From Octopus sinensis (Eukaryota): a stretch of DNA of 64,000 nucleotides. Made by a program: the position numbers and the translations under genes. Positions 1 through 11,865 of the stretch are shown here, one piece after another (within the stretch, counting starts at the first letter, position 1; every line of letters begins with the position of its first letter). The stretch is from assembly GCF_006345805.1 (NCBI RefSeq), contig NC_043004.1, positions 1,922,001 to 1,986,000 of the forward strand, written 5' to 3'. The notes below the pieces were generated by a model. It was given only the letters and a program-made list of their open reading frames with translations, did not search any database and was not told where the DNA came from.

Positions 1-745
1 TATTGAATAAAATAAAAAGAAGAAACTTTTGTAAAACAAAGCAAAATAAATGAAGAAAAATTAAGAAAAACTGAGAGAGAAACAAGAAGGCAAGAAAAGA
101 AGAAAATGGGAAGATTTACACAAAACAGAAGAAGAGAAAGAGAAGAGAGTAGGAAATAAGAGGGAGGGGGATTGAGGAGCTGTGGAAGAGAGTGAGAGAG
201 GAGGGGAGAGGGAAAGAGAGAGGGAGAGATCTTTAATAAAATTTAAAGAAGCAAGGGACGTGAGATGAAGCAAGAGAACAAGAGAAGGGGAGGAGAGAAA
301 CAGAGGCAGTTAAAAAGAGAGACAGACCAAAGAGGGGAGGTGAGAGGAACGGAGGGATGCTTTGAGAAAAAGTTAAAGAAATGAGAGAAATATGTAAGAG
401 GGGGAGGAGGAGGGGAAGGGGGAGGAATGGGAGGTGGAGGATGAATTCGAGAGGTGCGAGAAAGAAAGAGATGCTACAGTAACAGCTGTCGGTGAAGTGA
501 ATGAAGGAAAATGATGGGAGCGAAAACAATAAAAGAAGACCATTAGTAAAGAATAGGGTTCTGTAAGATGATTTACGAGGTAGGGAGGAGGTGGGGGGAG
601 GAGAAAAGCAGGAGAAAGAGTGAGATTGAATAATAATAACAATGAGAAGAAGAAGAAGGAGAAGGAGAAGAAGAAGAAGAAGAAGAAGAAGAAGAAGAAG
701 AAGAAGAAGAAGAAGAAGAAGGAGAAGAATGATAATAATAATAAG
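1..745. repeat. Purine-rich low-complexity tract with (GAA)n at about 646-728
   Basis: Almost pure G/A on the + strand with a long gaagaagaa run. It explains the poly-L/F/S/R ORFs in the track. Confidence 0.95.
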
Positions 746-863
746 AGAAGCAAAGAGTGATTCGTTGGCACATTGTATAGATTGCCAGAAGCTTAGAGAC
801 GTAGGGTGGGGGGGGAAAGGATGATGTGAATGCATGCATCCCAACATGCATTAGGGCCATTAC

Positions 864-902
864 CTGCAGGCTCAGTCCAGACTATGTCTTGCGGCAGCAA
901 TT
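864..902 (-). other. Candidate 39-nt exon, or part of a conserved non-coding element (unique block about 823-1030)
   Basis: Minus strand reads ggctaattctcaag|AATTG...CCTGCAG|gtaatg. Only one frame is open (xLLPQDIVWTEPA). No recognisable homology. Confidence 0.25.
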
Positions 903-1289
903 CTTGAGAATTAGCCGTAATTTCGCTCACCCAAATCCGATTGAGAGTTTGTGCATTCACAAAATTTGAGTAAATGATAAATAAATAAATTCGTGGCATA
1001 ATAATAACAGCCACAAAAAATGATAAAGACCACATACATACATACATATATACACACCCATACACACACATACATGCACATATATATATATATATATATA
1101 TATATACTTATACATATAAATACAAACGCATTCATAACCATGGAATACACTCGTCCGTACAGACACAAACAAATCATACACACACACACACTCACACGGA
1201 AACACGTCAACATATAATCCAACTATAACAATTTGTTTATTCACGCTTGCGCAGGATAGATACATGCACACGTATTTGTTGTCTAAGAG

Positions 1290-1320
<31 letters not shown>

Positions 1321-1413
1321 TATATATATATCGAGAGAGAGAGAAATAGAAAGAGAGACTGTTTGAAGTATATATATACATATATATATATAATATATAT
1401 TATATATATATAT

Positions 1414-1415
<2 letters not shown>

Positions 1416-1474
<59 letters not shown>

Positions 1475-1575
1475 GAGATAGATAGATAGTTGATAGATAG
1501 ATAGTAGATAGATAGTAGATAGATAGATAGTAGGTAGATAGTAGATAGATAGTAGATAGATAGATAGATAGACAA
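1416..1575. repeat. (GATA)n microsatellite; (GA)n follows at about 1712-1762
   Basis: Directly visible tandem tetranucleotide and dinucleotide runs. Confidence 0.97.
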
Positions 1576-1709
1576 ACAGATAGACAGATAGATATATGCG
1601 TGTGTGTGTATTATATTTGTGAGTGTATGTGCGACTGTTCAGATGAATGAACCTAATGTGTTGTGATAAGAAAAATGCATAGAAAAAAAGTAACAGGCAA
1701 CAATGAAGG

Positions 1710-1764
<55 letters not shown>

Positions 1765-2361
1765 GCGAAGAAGTCTGAATGCAGCAGAAAGGGATTTTTG
1801 CCGTGGGCTGCTTTTACTGTTCCCTCAGTGTTGTGTTAAGCGTTGAAGAAGACAAACATCGTTAGCTCTTATTAGCGGAAGTTTCCATCAATTTACTTGT
1901 TGTTCACTTCCCTCAGTGTTTACACCTTGTTTCCTTGTCTCTTCCTCGGTCTTCATTTCTCATTGTATCTTATTCTAAGGAGCCTCATTTTTTTTTCGTT
2001 TTTGCGGTTTTCTCGTTCATCTATTTATATATCCTTTCTAAATAACAGAAAAACAAAAAAAACTCAAGAGGCATCGACAAGGCAGTAAACTCTTTTACAG
2101 GGTGTTTACAAATGCTTGTTAGAAATGTATCCGAAGAAGATAAGCGGAAGACAGGATTTGGGGAAAGGTTTCTCAAAATGACAAGCGAAGGTTATTCCGA
2201 TTTTCAAAATATTCTCGGCAATATGCTCTTCAAAATATAGAGGGAGCCACTTAAACCTGCAGCCAAGAAGAAGCCTCATAGATGGCAAATTATTCCCCCC
2301 CTGCCCCACTAAATTTATACAAACACTTATATGGTTAGACGTCTATGTATGTATGTGTGTG

Positions 2362-2640
2362 TGTAAGTTGTTAGGGAAGCGGACTCGCGGTCGTGGGATC
2401 GCGGTTTCGATACCCAGACCGAGGGTTGTGAGTGTTTATTGATCGAAAACACCTAAAGCTCCACGAGGTTCCGGCAGACGTTGGTGGGGACCCCTGCTAT
2501 ACTCTTTCACCACATCTTTCTCTCACTTTTTCTTCCTGTTTTTTTTTTGTACCTGTATTTCAAAGAGTCAGACTTGTCATACTCTGTGTCACGCTGAATC
2601 TCCCGAGAACTACGTTAAGGGTACACTTGTCTGTTCCCCT
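2362..2640 (+). mobile_element. tRNA-derived SINE, family C (degenerate)
   Basis: Shares ctctgtgtcacgctga...cccgagaactacgttaagggtacac with the copy at 11058-11377 and has a B-box-like tttcgatac. Confidence 0.8.
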
Positions 2641-2723
2641 ACATTACTTTCTTTAGAGGGAAGGCCTGTTGCCGAACCAGCTATAAAACCTTTTCTCTTA
2701 ACTCTACTCTTTCTCTCTCTCTA

Positions 2724-2754
<31 letters not shown>

Positions 2755-3194
2755 CTCCAACTCTCTCTTTCTTTCTCTCACTTATATCATACACCCTGAT
2801 CAGTTTCCACAGGTTGCGAATTCACGCAATAAATCCCCTTTTAACAATAAGAAATAAGCAAGCAGATCCTTTTCTGTCTGAAAGATAGTTCAACCAAAAA
2901 GAGTAAACACAAACAACTCAGCAACAATGACCTCGAATGTTCTTCAGTTCGATAAGAAAACAAACTTTCGCTGCTTTCCCAAATCCTTGTCGCAGTTAAA
3001 AGCTGCTAAGTTTCTCTAAAGATGTTTACTATGTTCCTTTGCTTTATAACTAGATGCAATATGACTGCTACTTAATATATTTTTATTGTATATATTCTGT
3101 GAGATAGTTTCTCATATTTAACATTATTTTGCCTAACTTTACCAGTATACCTTAATGGCAACATGTTGTATTATTGTTTATCCTCATTATTAAA

Positions 3195-4560
3195 TTAATA
3201 TTCTAGACAAGAGTTATTATTGTCAAAGACATATCCGGGTGTAGGAGGTTGGTCCGAGATTTTTTGAAAGAATTTGTCCAGTGAACTCTTGAATTTTATA
3301 GGATCTGTTTCTGTTTAGACGTATTTTGGTACGGCATTAAAGAGAGCTGGACCAGTTGAGGTAAAGTAATTGTGACATAATGTTGCTATGTGTCCTGAGT
3401 TCGATTTTTATAGTGAGAGGAGAGCACGGGGGCCAAGTGTTGTGCGGATTTTAAAACTGATGCAACGTCGTTTGTGCAATATTGATGGAATATTTTCCGG
3501 CGGCGTTGGAAAGAGTAGAGATTGAGTTTTCTTAGTCGATCCCAATAGTCAATGCCTCTCACGCCGTCTATATTTCTTGTTATTGACCTCTGGAGTGCTT
3601 CTTTCATAATGAGTCGTTTCGTGTGCGGAGACCACAGTGGGAAACAGCATTCAAGGTGGGGTCGGGCAAAAGAAGAGTAGAGAAGCTTGATGTTGTGAGC
3701 ATCTCTAGACCGGAAAGTTCTTAGAATCCAGGAGTACATCTTTTGGGTCAAGTCAACCTTGCTTTTTACGTGGGAACTCCAGCTTAGATTGTTGTCATCA
3801 ATTACTCCAAGGTCTCTGGTGTTGGTGGATGACGCTAGGGAGTTGCCCGAGGGAAGGGCATATGGTAGATTCAGAGTAACCACTTTTCCAAAGTGGATCG
3901 AATTAAACTTATCTTAGAATTAGAAGCATATTAGACAACAACAAACAGATCCGACTGAAGGCATGTTCGGTCTCCCATACCGTTTATAGTCTTCTGGAGT
4001 TTGGAATCATCTGCAAAGATTTTCAAAGTAGAATGTTTGATGACGTCTACTATGTCATTGATTTAGACAATGAAGAGGAGTAAGCCCAACACAGTACCTT
4101 GTAGGACACCAGTATTGGTTTTGGCTGAGCTTGATCGGATTCCTTCAAGCACATGTTAGGTTCTGTTTCTCAAGGAACACTTTATACACTGCAGCAGCTT
4201 TCCACGTACTCCAGTGTTAGACAGCAGGATTTTGTTGTCCACTCTGTCAAATGCCTTGCTGAAATGAAGGTATATGACGTCAGTGTTGGAGCCTTCTGCC
4301 AAACATTTTAAAATGTCATCAAAATGGTGCAGAAGTTGCGACAGGGAGCCCTGCCATCACGGAAACCATGCTAGTTGGGCTTCAGCAGATTCTTGTCTTC
4401 AAGGAAGTGAGTTATTCACGATCTCACCACCCTCTCAATTATTTTAATCATATGAGAGGTGAGTGAAATCGGACGGTAGTATTTCGGCCACTGGTCATTT
4501 CCCAAACTTTAGTCAACACACAACAGCTATTATGCTCTCCGCAACAAAAGACCACTTCGT
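3195..4560 (-). mobile_element. CR1-type LINE, decayed ORF2 (RT domain and C-terminus)
   Basis: Minus strand translates to YRPISLTSHMIKIIERVV, FSKAFDRVD, QGTVLGLLLF, KIFADDSKL, RDLGVI and RPHLECCFPLWSP, with stops and frameshifts. These are typical CR1 RT motifs. Confidence 0.92.
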
Positions 4561-4723
4561 GGATTCTTTTGAGACTAGTAAGAAACAATTATGAGCTTTT
4601 TTTTTTATTACACTTAGCTTTTAAAAATATTTTTGATAAGGTTCGTTTTTTCAAGAAGAAGCGAAACATGTAAAATTTCTAAGAATATAAAATTTTATCT
4701 TATGTAGTGGCGTTTTGAAACTT

Positions 4724-4765
<42 letters not shown>

Positions 4766-5562
4766 TTATATGTATATATGTATGTATATAAATGTTTTGT
4801 TTTGAAATTACGTCGATCCACTTAAATGATATATACACACACACTCACACACATACACACACAGACGTTACTTCTGTTTTTGTCCTTTCTCACATACTCA
4901 ACTTACAGCAACAATTTGGCAACTAACCGATTTTTATCAAATATCGCAACTACTGAAATATTTCTCGGGATAGAAGAGAAAGTAGGCTGGGCGTTGATTT
5001 GCGTAATTCACTTGCTGGTGACCAAAAGTCAATACTAAGCCAAGAATCATTACCGCAAATTGCGTTATTATAATATATTCTTGTCTCTTCCTGACACTAT
5101 ACTAGATTTCTTCTGTTCACGTACACCATGGAGAAAATTTCTTAAAAAGTAATCTGTGTTGGACAAAACGAAAATGGAAGAAGTTGCAATTTGAGAAAAA
5201 AAATCTTAAAACTCTCCGTGATTAGTCGCCAACATTTTATTAGTGACACAAACAATGTCTGCCGTTCCAGAGGTAAAAGTTACTAGGAATTTTTTACCTT
5301 CAGTCCAGGAAAAAACAGACAGTGCTGAAGCCGTTCTGTTTCATACATAAGGCAGCAGCTTAAAAAAGTTGTTGTGACAAAGTTTCAGCCTCTGGGCCAG
5401 TGATTGTCCATAGACTGAAATTGACGGTACCCTCAATGTTGGGACTCACATGTAGTTCAAGTAGAGACCTTAAATGATGTGATTCCTTCAGTAGACTTCC
5501 TATAAGCGATTATAAGCCACCTTCACGGAATAGCCATCAGATGTACAACTGTTTGTGAAATG

Positions 5563-6143
5563 CAGGGTGACTCCCCACAAAAAAACCCCCAAAAAACAAA
5601 AAACAGAACCCATAAAAACAAGGTCGAGCATTGAAATTTTCTGGACTTAAACTTCGGTTTGTGTACGATCATTCCCATTGCATAAAAGTCATTTTCTTTT
5701 CAAAATATGCTCCAAATGGCATATGTCACGCAAACACTTCAAACACTTGCATACGTCGTGCAAAATTGTCAATTACTCGAACACATTCCTCTTTGGTAAT
5801 TTCCTTGATTTCTCTTTTGATTGCTGCCTTCAGTTCATCAATCGATTGAGGGTTATTCTGGTAAACACTATCCTTAAGATACCCCATCAGATAAAAAAAA
5901 AAAACTGGGAGTCGGGGTGTTCAAGTCCGGTGAATGTGGTGTCCACTTACCGTCACTTCCTGCTGAGCAATCTCTCCTGAAATCGTTCTCTTAGCCAAGC
6001 TAGGGCTAGGGAGTCAGTTGATGCGCTGGGGGTGGCCTAGTTTTGCTGGAAGCACGGTTCATCTTGATCTATTCATCTGCGTCGTTTTATTCAAACAATT
6101 TTATTCAAAGATTTGTGGGTTCTGTTTGTTTTGGGTCACCCTG
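5563..6143 (-). mobile_element. Internally deleted Tc1/mariner transposon
   Basis: Imperfect TIRs: CAGGGTGAC...ACAGAACCCA at 5563 and its complement ending at 6143. Minus strand gives FQQ...LAWLRERFQERLLSR, HSPDLN and GYLKDSVYQNNPQSIDELKAAIKREI, a transposase C-terminus. Confidence 0.88.
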
Positions 6144-6238
6144 AACCTGTAGCACGGCAATATTTCCGTGCCACTTAGTTTTCTTGTCAGATGCTTAAAC
6201 GATACAAAAACTGATTCTACGGACTTTCTTAAAGGAAA

Positions 6239-6414
6239 GGAGTGGCTGTGTGGTAAGTAGCTTGCTTAACAACCACATGGTTCCAGGTTCATTCCCACTG
6301 CATGGCACCTTCGGCAAGTGTCTTCTACTATAGCCTCGGGTCGACCAAAGCCTTGTGAGTGGATTTGGTAGACGGAAACTGAAAGAAGGCCGTCATTTAT
6401 ATGTATGTATGTAT

Positions 6415-6482
<68 letters not shown>

Positions 6483-6752
6483 TGTATGTATGTATGTATG
6501 TATGTATGTATGCATGTATGTATGTATGCATGTATGTATGTGTGTGCATATGTTTGTGTGTCTGTGTTTGTCCCCCCAACATCGCTTGACAACCGATGCT
6601 GGTGTGTTTACGTCTCCGTAACTTAGCGGTTCGGCAAAAGAGACAGATAGAATAAGTACTGGGCTTACAAAGAATAAGTCATGGGGTCGATTTGCTCGAC
6701 TAAAGGCGGTGCTCCAGCAAGGCCACAGTCAAATGACTGAAACAAGCAAAAG
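6239..6752 (+). mobile_element. tRNA-derived SINE, family A, with internal (AT)/(ATGT)n microsatellite
   Basis: Head ggagtggctgtgtggtaag...ggttcattccc and tail ccagcaaggccacagtcaaatgactgaaac. Homologous to 10545-10835 and 60303-60810. Confidence 0.92.
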
Positions 6753-7770
6753 TGAAAGGGAACTGGAAACCACGACAAATGTAAAACGTACAAAATGATG
6801 AAGAAGATTTTTCCTTGACACATTTCAATTGTTTCTCGAAAAAATTATAGAGATTGGGTTTGCAAATTCAAAAAAGGAAGATGAAATAGAGGAAAAAAAA
6901 CAGGATGATATTAACTTTATTATAAATGCGGCTGTCTGTTTGATAAAAAAAAGTATTGGCCTTTCATCCTCATCAAGGTTTAGGTTTCGCAAGTACAGAC
7001 AATGATAATTTTCAACATATTTGAATGTTTGATAAACTGATTCATTACTGAAGCAATATTTATAAGAGAGTAATGAAAGATGCAACCAATAATAACCTTG
7101 ATATATACCAGGAGCTGGCATATGGACTTTTAGTGCAGATTTTAAAGAAGAAAATGGTACTCCTAATTTATATCTAAGAAATATAAATATTGAGAAAAGT
7201 TGCATCACGTTAGAGGAAGAAAAATGATAATTCGTAGAGGTTATACACATTCGCTTACTAAATGTATTTCAAACGCAGACCGCACAACTGACTCTGTTGC
7301 GACTGTTATAGATCTTTGCTAGAGACACACCCAAGTATATTATGTTATAAACTTTACGATAATTCTCTTCTCTCCCAAACAGGACGTGGGACGTGGGACA
7401 AGAAACTAACGATTTTTCATAGATCTGTCCACTCAAGAAGTGCATGCGTAATGACCATGCGTAATAACATGTATCAGTTTAGCCAAAACTGACCAATGAA
7501 AATCTAATAATTCAACATGTTCCGTTTGTCACTACCTGAATTCCCTAACTAAACTTATACATCCCTATTTTTCGGTTGAATGATTTTATATCGCAAAAAA
7601 TCTGAGCAGTCACAGAATCGTCTTCCAGTGTTGTTCTTTATCTTTCACTTTGAGTTTGTTTCACAAGGTTTGATGAGTGTTCTTTTCCTCAAACCCTGAC
7701 CAAATGATCCCCCTTGGATGATATTTCTTTCTCATTACTGATTACAGTTTTAAGACATTCTTTCAGACAA

Positions 7771-8166
7771 AGGCTGCGAGCTGGCACAAACGTTAGCACG
7801 CCGGGCGAAATGCGTAGCCGTAGTTTGTCTGCCGTTACGTTCTGAGTTCAAATTCCGCCGAGATCGACTTTTCCTTTCATTTTTTCGGGGTCGATAAATT
7901 AAGAACCAGTTACACAGTGGGGTCGATGTAATCAACTTAATCCCTTTGTCTGTCCTTGTTTGTCCCCTCTGTGTTTAGTCCCTTGTGGGCAATAAAGAAG
8001 TAGGTATATTGTCTGTCTTTACGCTCAGGGTTTAAATCCCGTCGAGGTTGACTTTGCCTTTCATCCCTTTCGGGGTCGATAAATTAAGTACCAGTTGCGT
8101 ACTGGAGTTGATCTAATTGACTGGCCCCCTCCACCAAAATTTCGGGTTTTGGGCCTAGAGTAGAAA
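7771..8166 (+). mobile_element. tRNA-derived SINE, family B (dimeric)
   Basis: Head ggctgcgagctggca...gagttcaaattcc and two copies of the domain gactttgcctttcatcc(t)ttcggggtcgataaattaagtaccag. Many copies occur in the window. Confidence 0.92.
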
Positions 8167-9031
8167 ATATTCTTTTAGACAGATGGTCTTCTTTTATATT
8201 CATTTGTGCTTCTTTCAGGTGATATCATTACATGAAAGTTTCATCTCCATACCTCAGACACAAAGTTATGTTATGTGGTGTTGTTCTTAAAATCAACTCC
8301 TCGAAGTATTATAAATAATTATTAATCATCACTGGAGATTATCACCAGTTCATCGCTAAACCTTCTTGTTGATGCCTTACATCTCAATCTGACCAATGTT
8401 GTATATATACAGAATGTTGTCATTTCACCTAGGTTATTTTTCGTAATACTGGTTCATTCCTAATAAAAGGATACGCTTTATGTTTATCTTTAACCATCGA
8501 TTAACTTGATTGCATATCAAAACAAAATTATTGTAGGAGGCGCGCGAAAACAATGTTTCAAGTAAACATACATTTAAATCAAATCAAATATGGTTGTTCA
8601 GGCCAGCAATGTCCCAATTAGATTTGAACTGATTTAAATGTTCGCTAGATAAAATTAATATGCAATAAGCGTATAGTCTCGCGCATATATCTGGAAAGGG
8701 TTTTTATTCAGTTCGCTTTCATGTGTTTGCACGCACGGACGAAGGGTTTTGCGTATGTCTATGTGTATGAAATTGTGCTTCCTTCAGTTAAGAATAAATA
8801 CTGATCTCTTCTATGGGTGAAAACTGATTTATTTATTGTCGTTGTTGTTATTAATGCCAAACCAAAATTTGATGGAACAGTACCGTCATCAAATGTCTCA
8901 CCACCAAGACGATCCTTTGTTTCTCTATCTACAAAGTAATAAAGCTATGTATTGTACTGTGAAGGAGAATAGCCTGTTAGTTTTGATATTTTTAATGTAC
9001 ATATACATTTTAGAACATTTATAAATAGAAG

Positions 9032-9082
9032 GTCTTACAGCTGTTTCCGGGATATATATATATATATCCCATCATCAGAGAC
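9032..9082 (-). ncRNA. Type I hammerhead ribozyme motif (Penelope-like), within inverted repeat at about 9015-9180
   Basis: Minus strand: GUCU CUGAUGA U GGGAUAU..AUAUCCC G GAAAC AGCU GUA AGAC. Core is intact, stems I-III pair, and the predicted GUA cut is between 9036 and 9035. Confidence 0.8.
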
Positions 9083-9356
9083 GGTGTAAAAAAATGGTTA
9101 AGCAATAATTAATTTAGATAAGATAGGAATATATAAAATATCCCCAGAAACAGCTGTAATACCTTGGATTTATAATTCATTCTGAAAAAATAAATTGTAT
9201 ATATACATGCTCATATATGACCTACGTTGGACTCCTTATTCGCATAATCACCCAACCTGGAGCTTAACTATGGTCTGTCCATAGCACTTACTCAGCATTG
9301 CCTGATACCTTTGGGTCTTATTGACACCATTACCTCTTATAACCTATATATATATA

Positions 9357-9392
<36 letters not shown>

Positions 9393-9397
9393 CAAAT

Positions 9398-9587
9398 ATA
9401 GGGATAGTTTACGAAAAAAACAAATGACGAAGACAGGTGGTGTACAAAACAAACAGATGTATTAGTATAACGCTGGGGAATAGAAAATGTCTTTTACGTT
9501 TCGAGCCTACGCTCTTCTACAGAAAGTGACACAGAATAAAACAAGGAGAGAAAAATGTGTGTAGTGGCTAACGATCTATCATGGCGA
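9398..9587 (-). mobile_element. Short Penelope-like non-autonomous element with hammerhead variant at 9491-9526
   Basis: About 190 bp and homologous end-to-end to 21009-21201. Minus strand: CUUU CUGUAGA A GAGC GUAG GCUC GAAAC GUA AAAG. Confidence 0.75.
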
Positions 9588-10119
9588 CTGAAGCAAGTAA
9601 AAGAAAAAGAAAGAATAAAAGAATATACATATATATATTATTTTTTATCTCCTTTTTGTTTCACTCTTTAGAAGCAGCTAGGATGGGGTACTGTGAATAA
9701 TATTTAGTGAATCGTCCCCAGAATTTATTTTATAACGCTGGTAGTTAGTCTAACAGTCCCCTTTGCCTTACCGGTAAGTTACAGTGGTATGGGGAACAAA
9801 CGCAGAGATACACACACACACAAGCATATATATCTCAAAGTATTCCACATTTACAATAACAGCCATAACAGCAATCCAACACACCTCCATCATCAGCTGC
9901 CCCACGGATTCAAGCGAATCCTGACCGAATTTTGGTCAGTAGAGTCATATGACACTTTATACTTGTTATTGAGATGATCAAAATTTAAAACTTTTTCATG
10001 CATTAACATGATGAAAATGGACTTTTTTACCATGATGCAACACTTCTATTCAAAAATAAAAGCACGTTTGAAACAGCTGTAGGGACCAACTATCCATCTA
10101 TTTATAAATCTCACAATGA

Positions 10120-10505
10120 GAGATATTCAGCAACAGTACTTTGGAGTAAAGATTGTTTGCCAACATAATATGGCAGTGCTGGTTTAGGAAGAATGTTGCT
10201 GTAACTGAGTCCCAGCAGACATCGTCCTAAACCACGACTGCTATGTTATGTTGGCAAAAATCTTTACTCCAAAATACTGTTGCTATTCTGTACTGATGAA
10301 GGGAAATAACCCGGAAATCGCGATACACAGATATTGTTTTGAGCTGAATGGTGATACTAAATTCCCTTTTTCGAAAATATAAGAACACAGATCGTGTCGT
10401 ATAGCCAGTTGGAGACAATGTCTCCTGGGGCTAAATTACAGCAACATTCGTCTTAAACCAGGACTGCCATGTTATATAGGCAAACAATCTTTACTCCAAC
10501 TATGC
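10120..10505 (+). mobile_element. Penelope-like terminal-repeat cluster (inverted plus direct copies)
   Basis: A segment of about 72 bp occurs inverted at about 10129-10201 and direct at about 10210-10283 and 10440-10500, flanking a hammerhead motif. Confidence 0.75.
10288..10330 (+). ncRNA. Type I hammerhead ribozyme motif
   Basis: CUGUA CUGAUGA A GGG AAAUAA CCC G GAAA U CGCG A UA CACAG. Core is intact, with one A-C mismatch at the first stem I pair. Confidence 0.72.
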
Positions 10506-10524
10506 ATCTGTTGTTCTTTGTGTG

Positions 10525-10544
<20 letters not shown>

Positions 10545-10604
<60 letters not shown>

Positions 10605-10835
10605 TCTGTGTGTGTGTATATGTATGTTTGTGTGTCTGTGTTTGTTCCCCAACATCGCTTGACAACCGATGCTGGTGTGTTTACGTCTCCGTAACTTAGC
10701 TGTTCGGCAAAAGAGACCGATGAAATAAGTACTAGGTTTACAAAAAGAAGACGTTCTGTGGTTGATTTGCTCGACTAAAGGTGGTGCTCCAGCATGGCCA
10801 CAGTCAAATGACTGAAACAAGTGGAAGAGTAAAAG
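10545..10835 (+). mobile_element. SINE family A, 3' half
   Basis: gtgtctgtgtttg..cccaacatcgcttgacaaccgatgctggtg...ccagcatggccacagtcaaatgactgaaac matches about 6555-6752. Confidence 0.9.
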
Positions 10836-11057
10836 AGTATACGTTCGAGGCGAGCGAAAAATAACAAAAGACCGTGGACTGAGAGAATGAGTTGAGGGTC
10901 GAGGACGGAATACCTTGGAACATTTAGTTACACGGCGTAATTGTTTTACTTCAAATTCTGACTCTTAATCTACTTATCTTACCGTAATTTTGTCTCTCGT
11001 AATGAGATAATGGTGCAATATCGTCAACCCGCTCACATATATATATACACTAATTTG

Positions 11058-11377
11058 GGAGGGCGCGTGGCTTAGTGGTTAGGGCATTCGGCTCATGATC
11101 GTAAGGTTGTGAGTTCGATTCCCAGCGACGCGTTGTGTCCTTGAGCAAACACTTTATTTCACGTTGCTCCAGTCCACTCAGCTGGCAAAAATGAGTTGTA
11201 CTTGTATTTGAAAGGGTCAGCCTTGTCACTCTCTGTGTCACGCTGATTATCCCCGAGAACTACGTTAAGGGTACACGTGTCTGTGGAATGCTCAGCCATT
11301 TGCACGTTAATTTCACGAGCAAGCTGTTCCGTTGATCGTATCAGCTGGGACCCTCGTCGTCGTAACCGGCGAAGTCT
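11058..11377 (+). mobile_element. tRNA-derived SINE, family C (near full length)
   Basis: A box tggcttagtgg (11068) and B box gttcgattc (11113), followed by a CORE-like gtgtccttgagcaaacacttt domain. No tRNA acceptor stem. Confidence 0.9.
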
Positions 11378-11798
11378 TTAATATACACTAATTTAATAAA
11401 CTTTATGGCCTTGTGCCTATGATTTAAGTTGGTATACAACTTTTGCTATGGCTGTTGTAGATGTCAACACCCATTGCTATAATAAACTACGCTAAGCAAT
11501 TTTGCATCTTCAGCAGATTTCGAGTTACATTTTCTTTCATGTGTGTATATTTTACATAGATTTAACTCCGAAAATAAAACACGTTATCAGTCTTTATTTC
11601 ACATATATGACTGCATAATGAGTGTAGATATCTATACGTGAGGTGACATGTTTTGAATACTTCTATACATGCATATATATGTATATATGTGTGTGTATGT
11701 GTGCATGTTGATATATATATATATATATATATCAATGTGTAGGTGTGTATATGGGCATATATGTGTGTGTACATGTAGATATAAATATATGTATATAT

Positions 11799-11865
<67 letters not shown>

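Noticed and set aside
2091-2180. ttttacag|GVYKC as an Ig-domain exon
   Set aside because: The frame ends at a stop after about 26 codons with no donor, and tacagggtg also resembles a Tc1 TIR start.
11058-11125. tRNA gene (also at about 6239, 7771 and 62108)
   Set aside because: A and B boxes are present but there is no closing acceptor stem, and each continues into a multi-copy SINE body.
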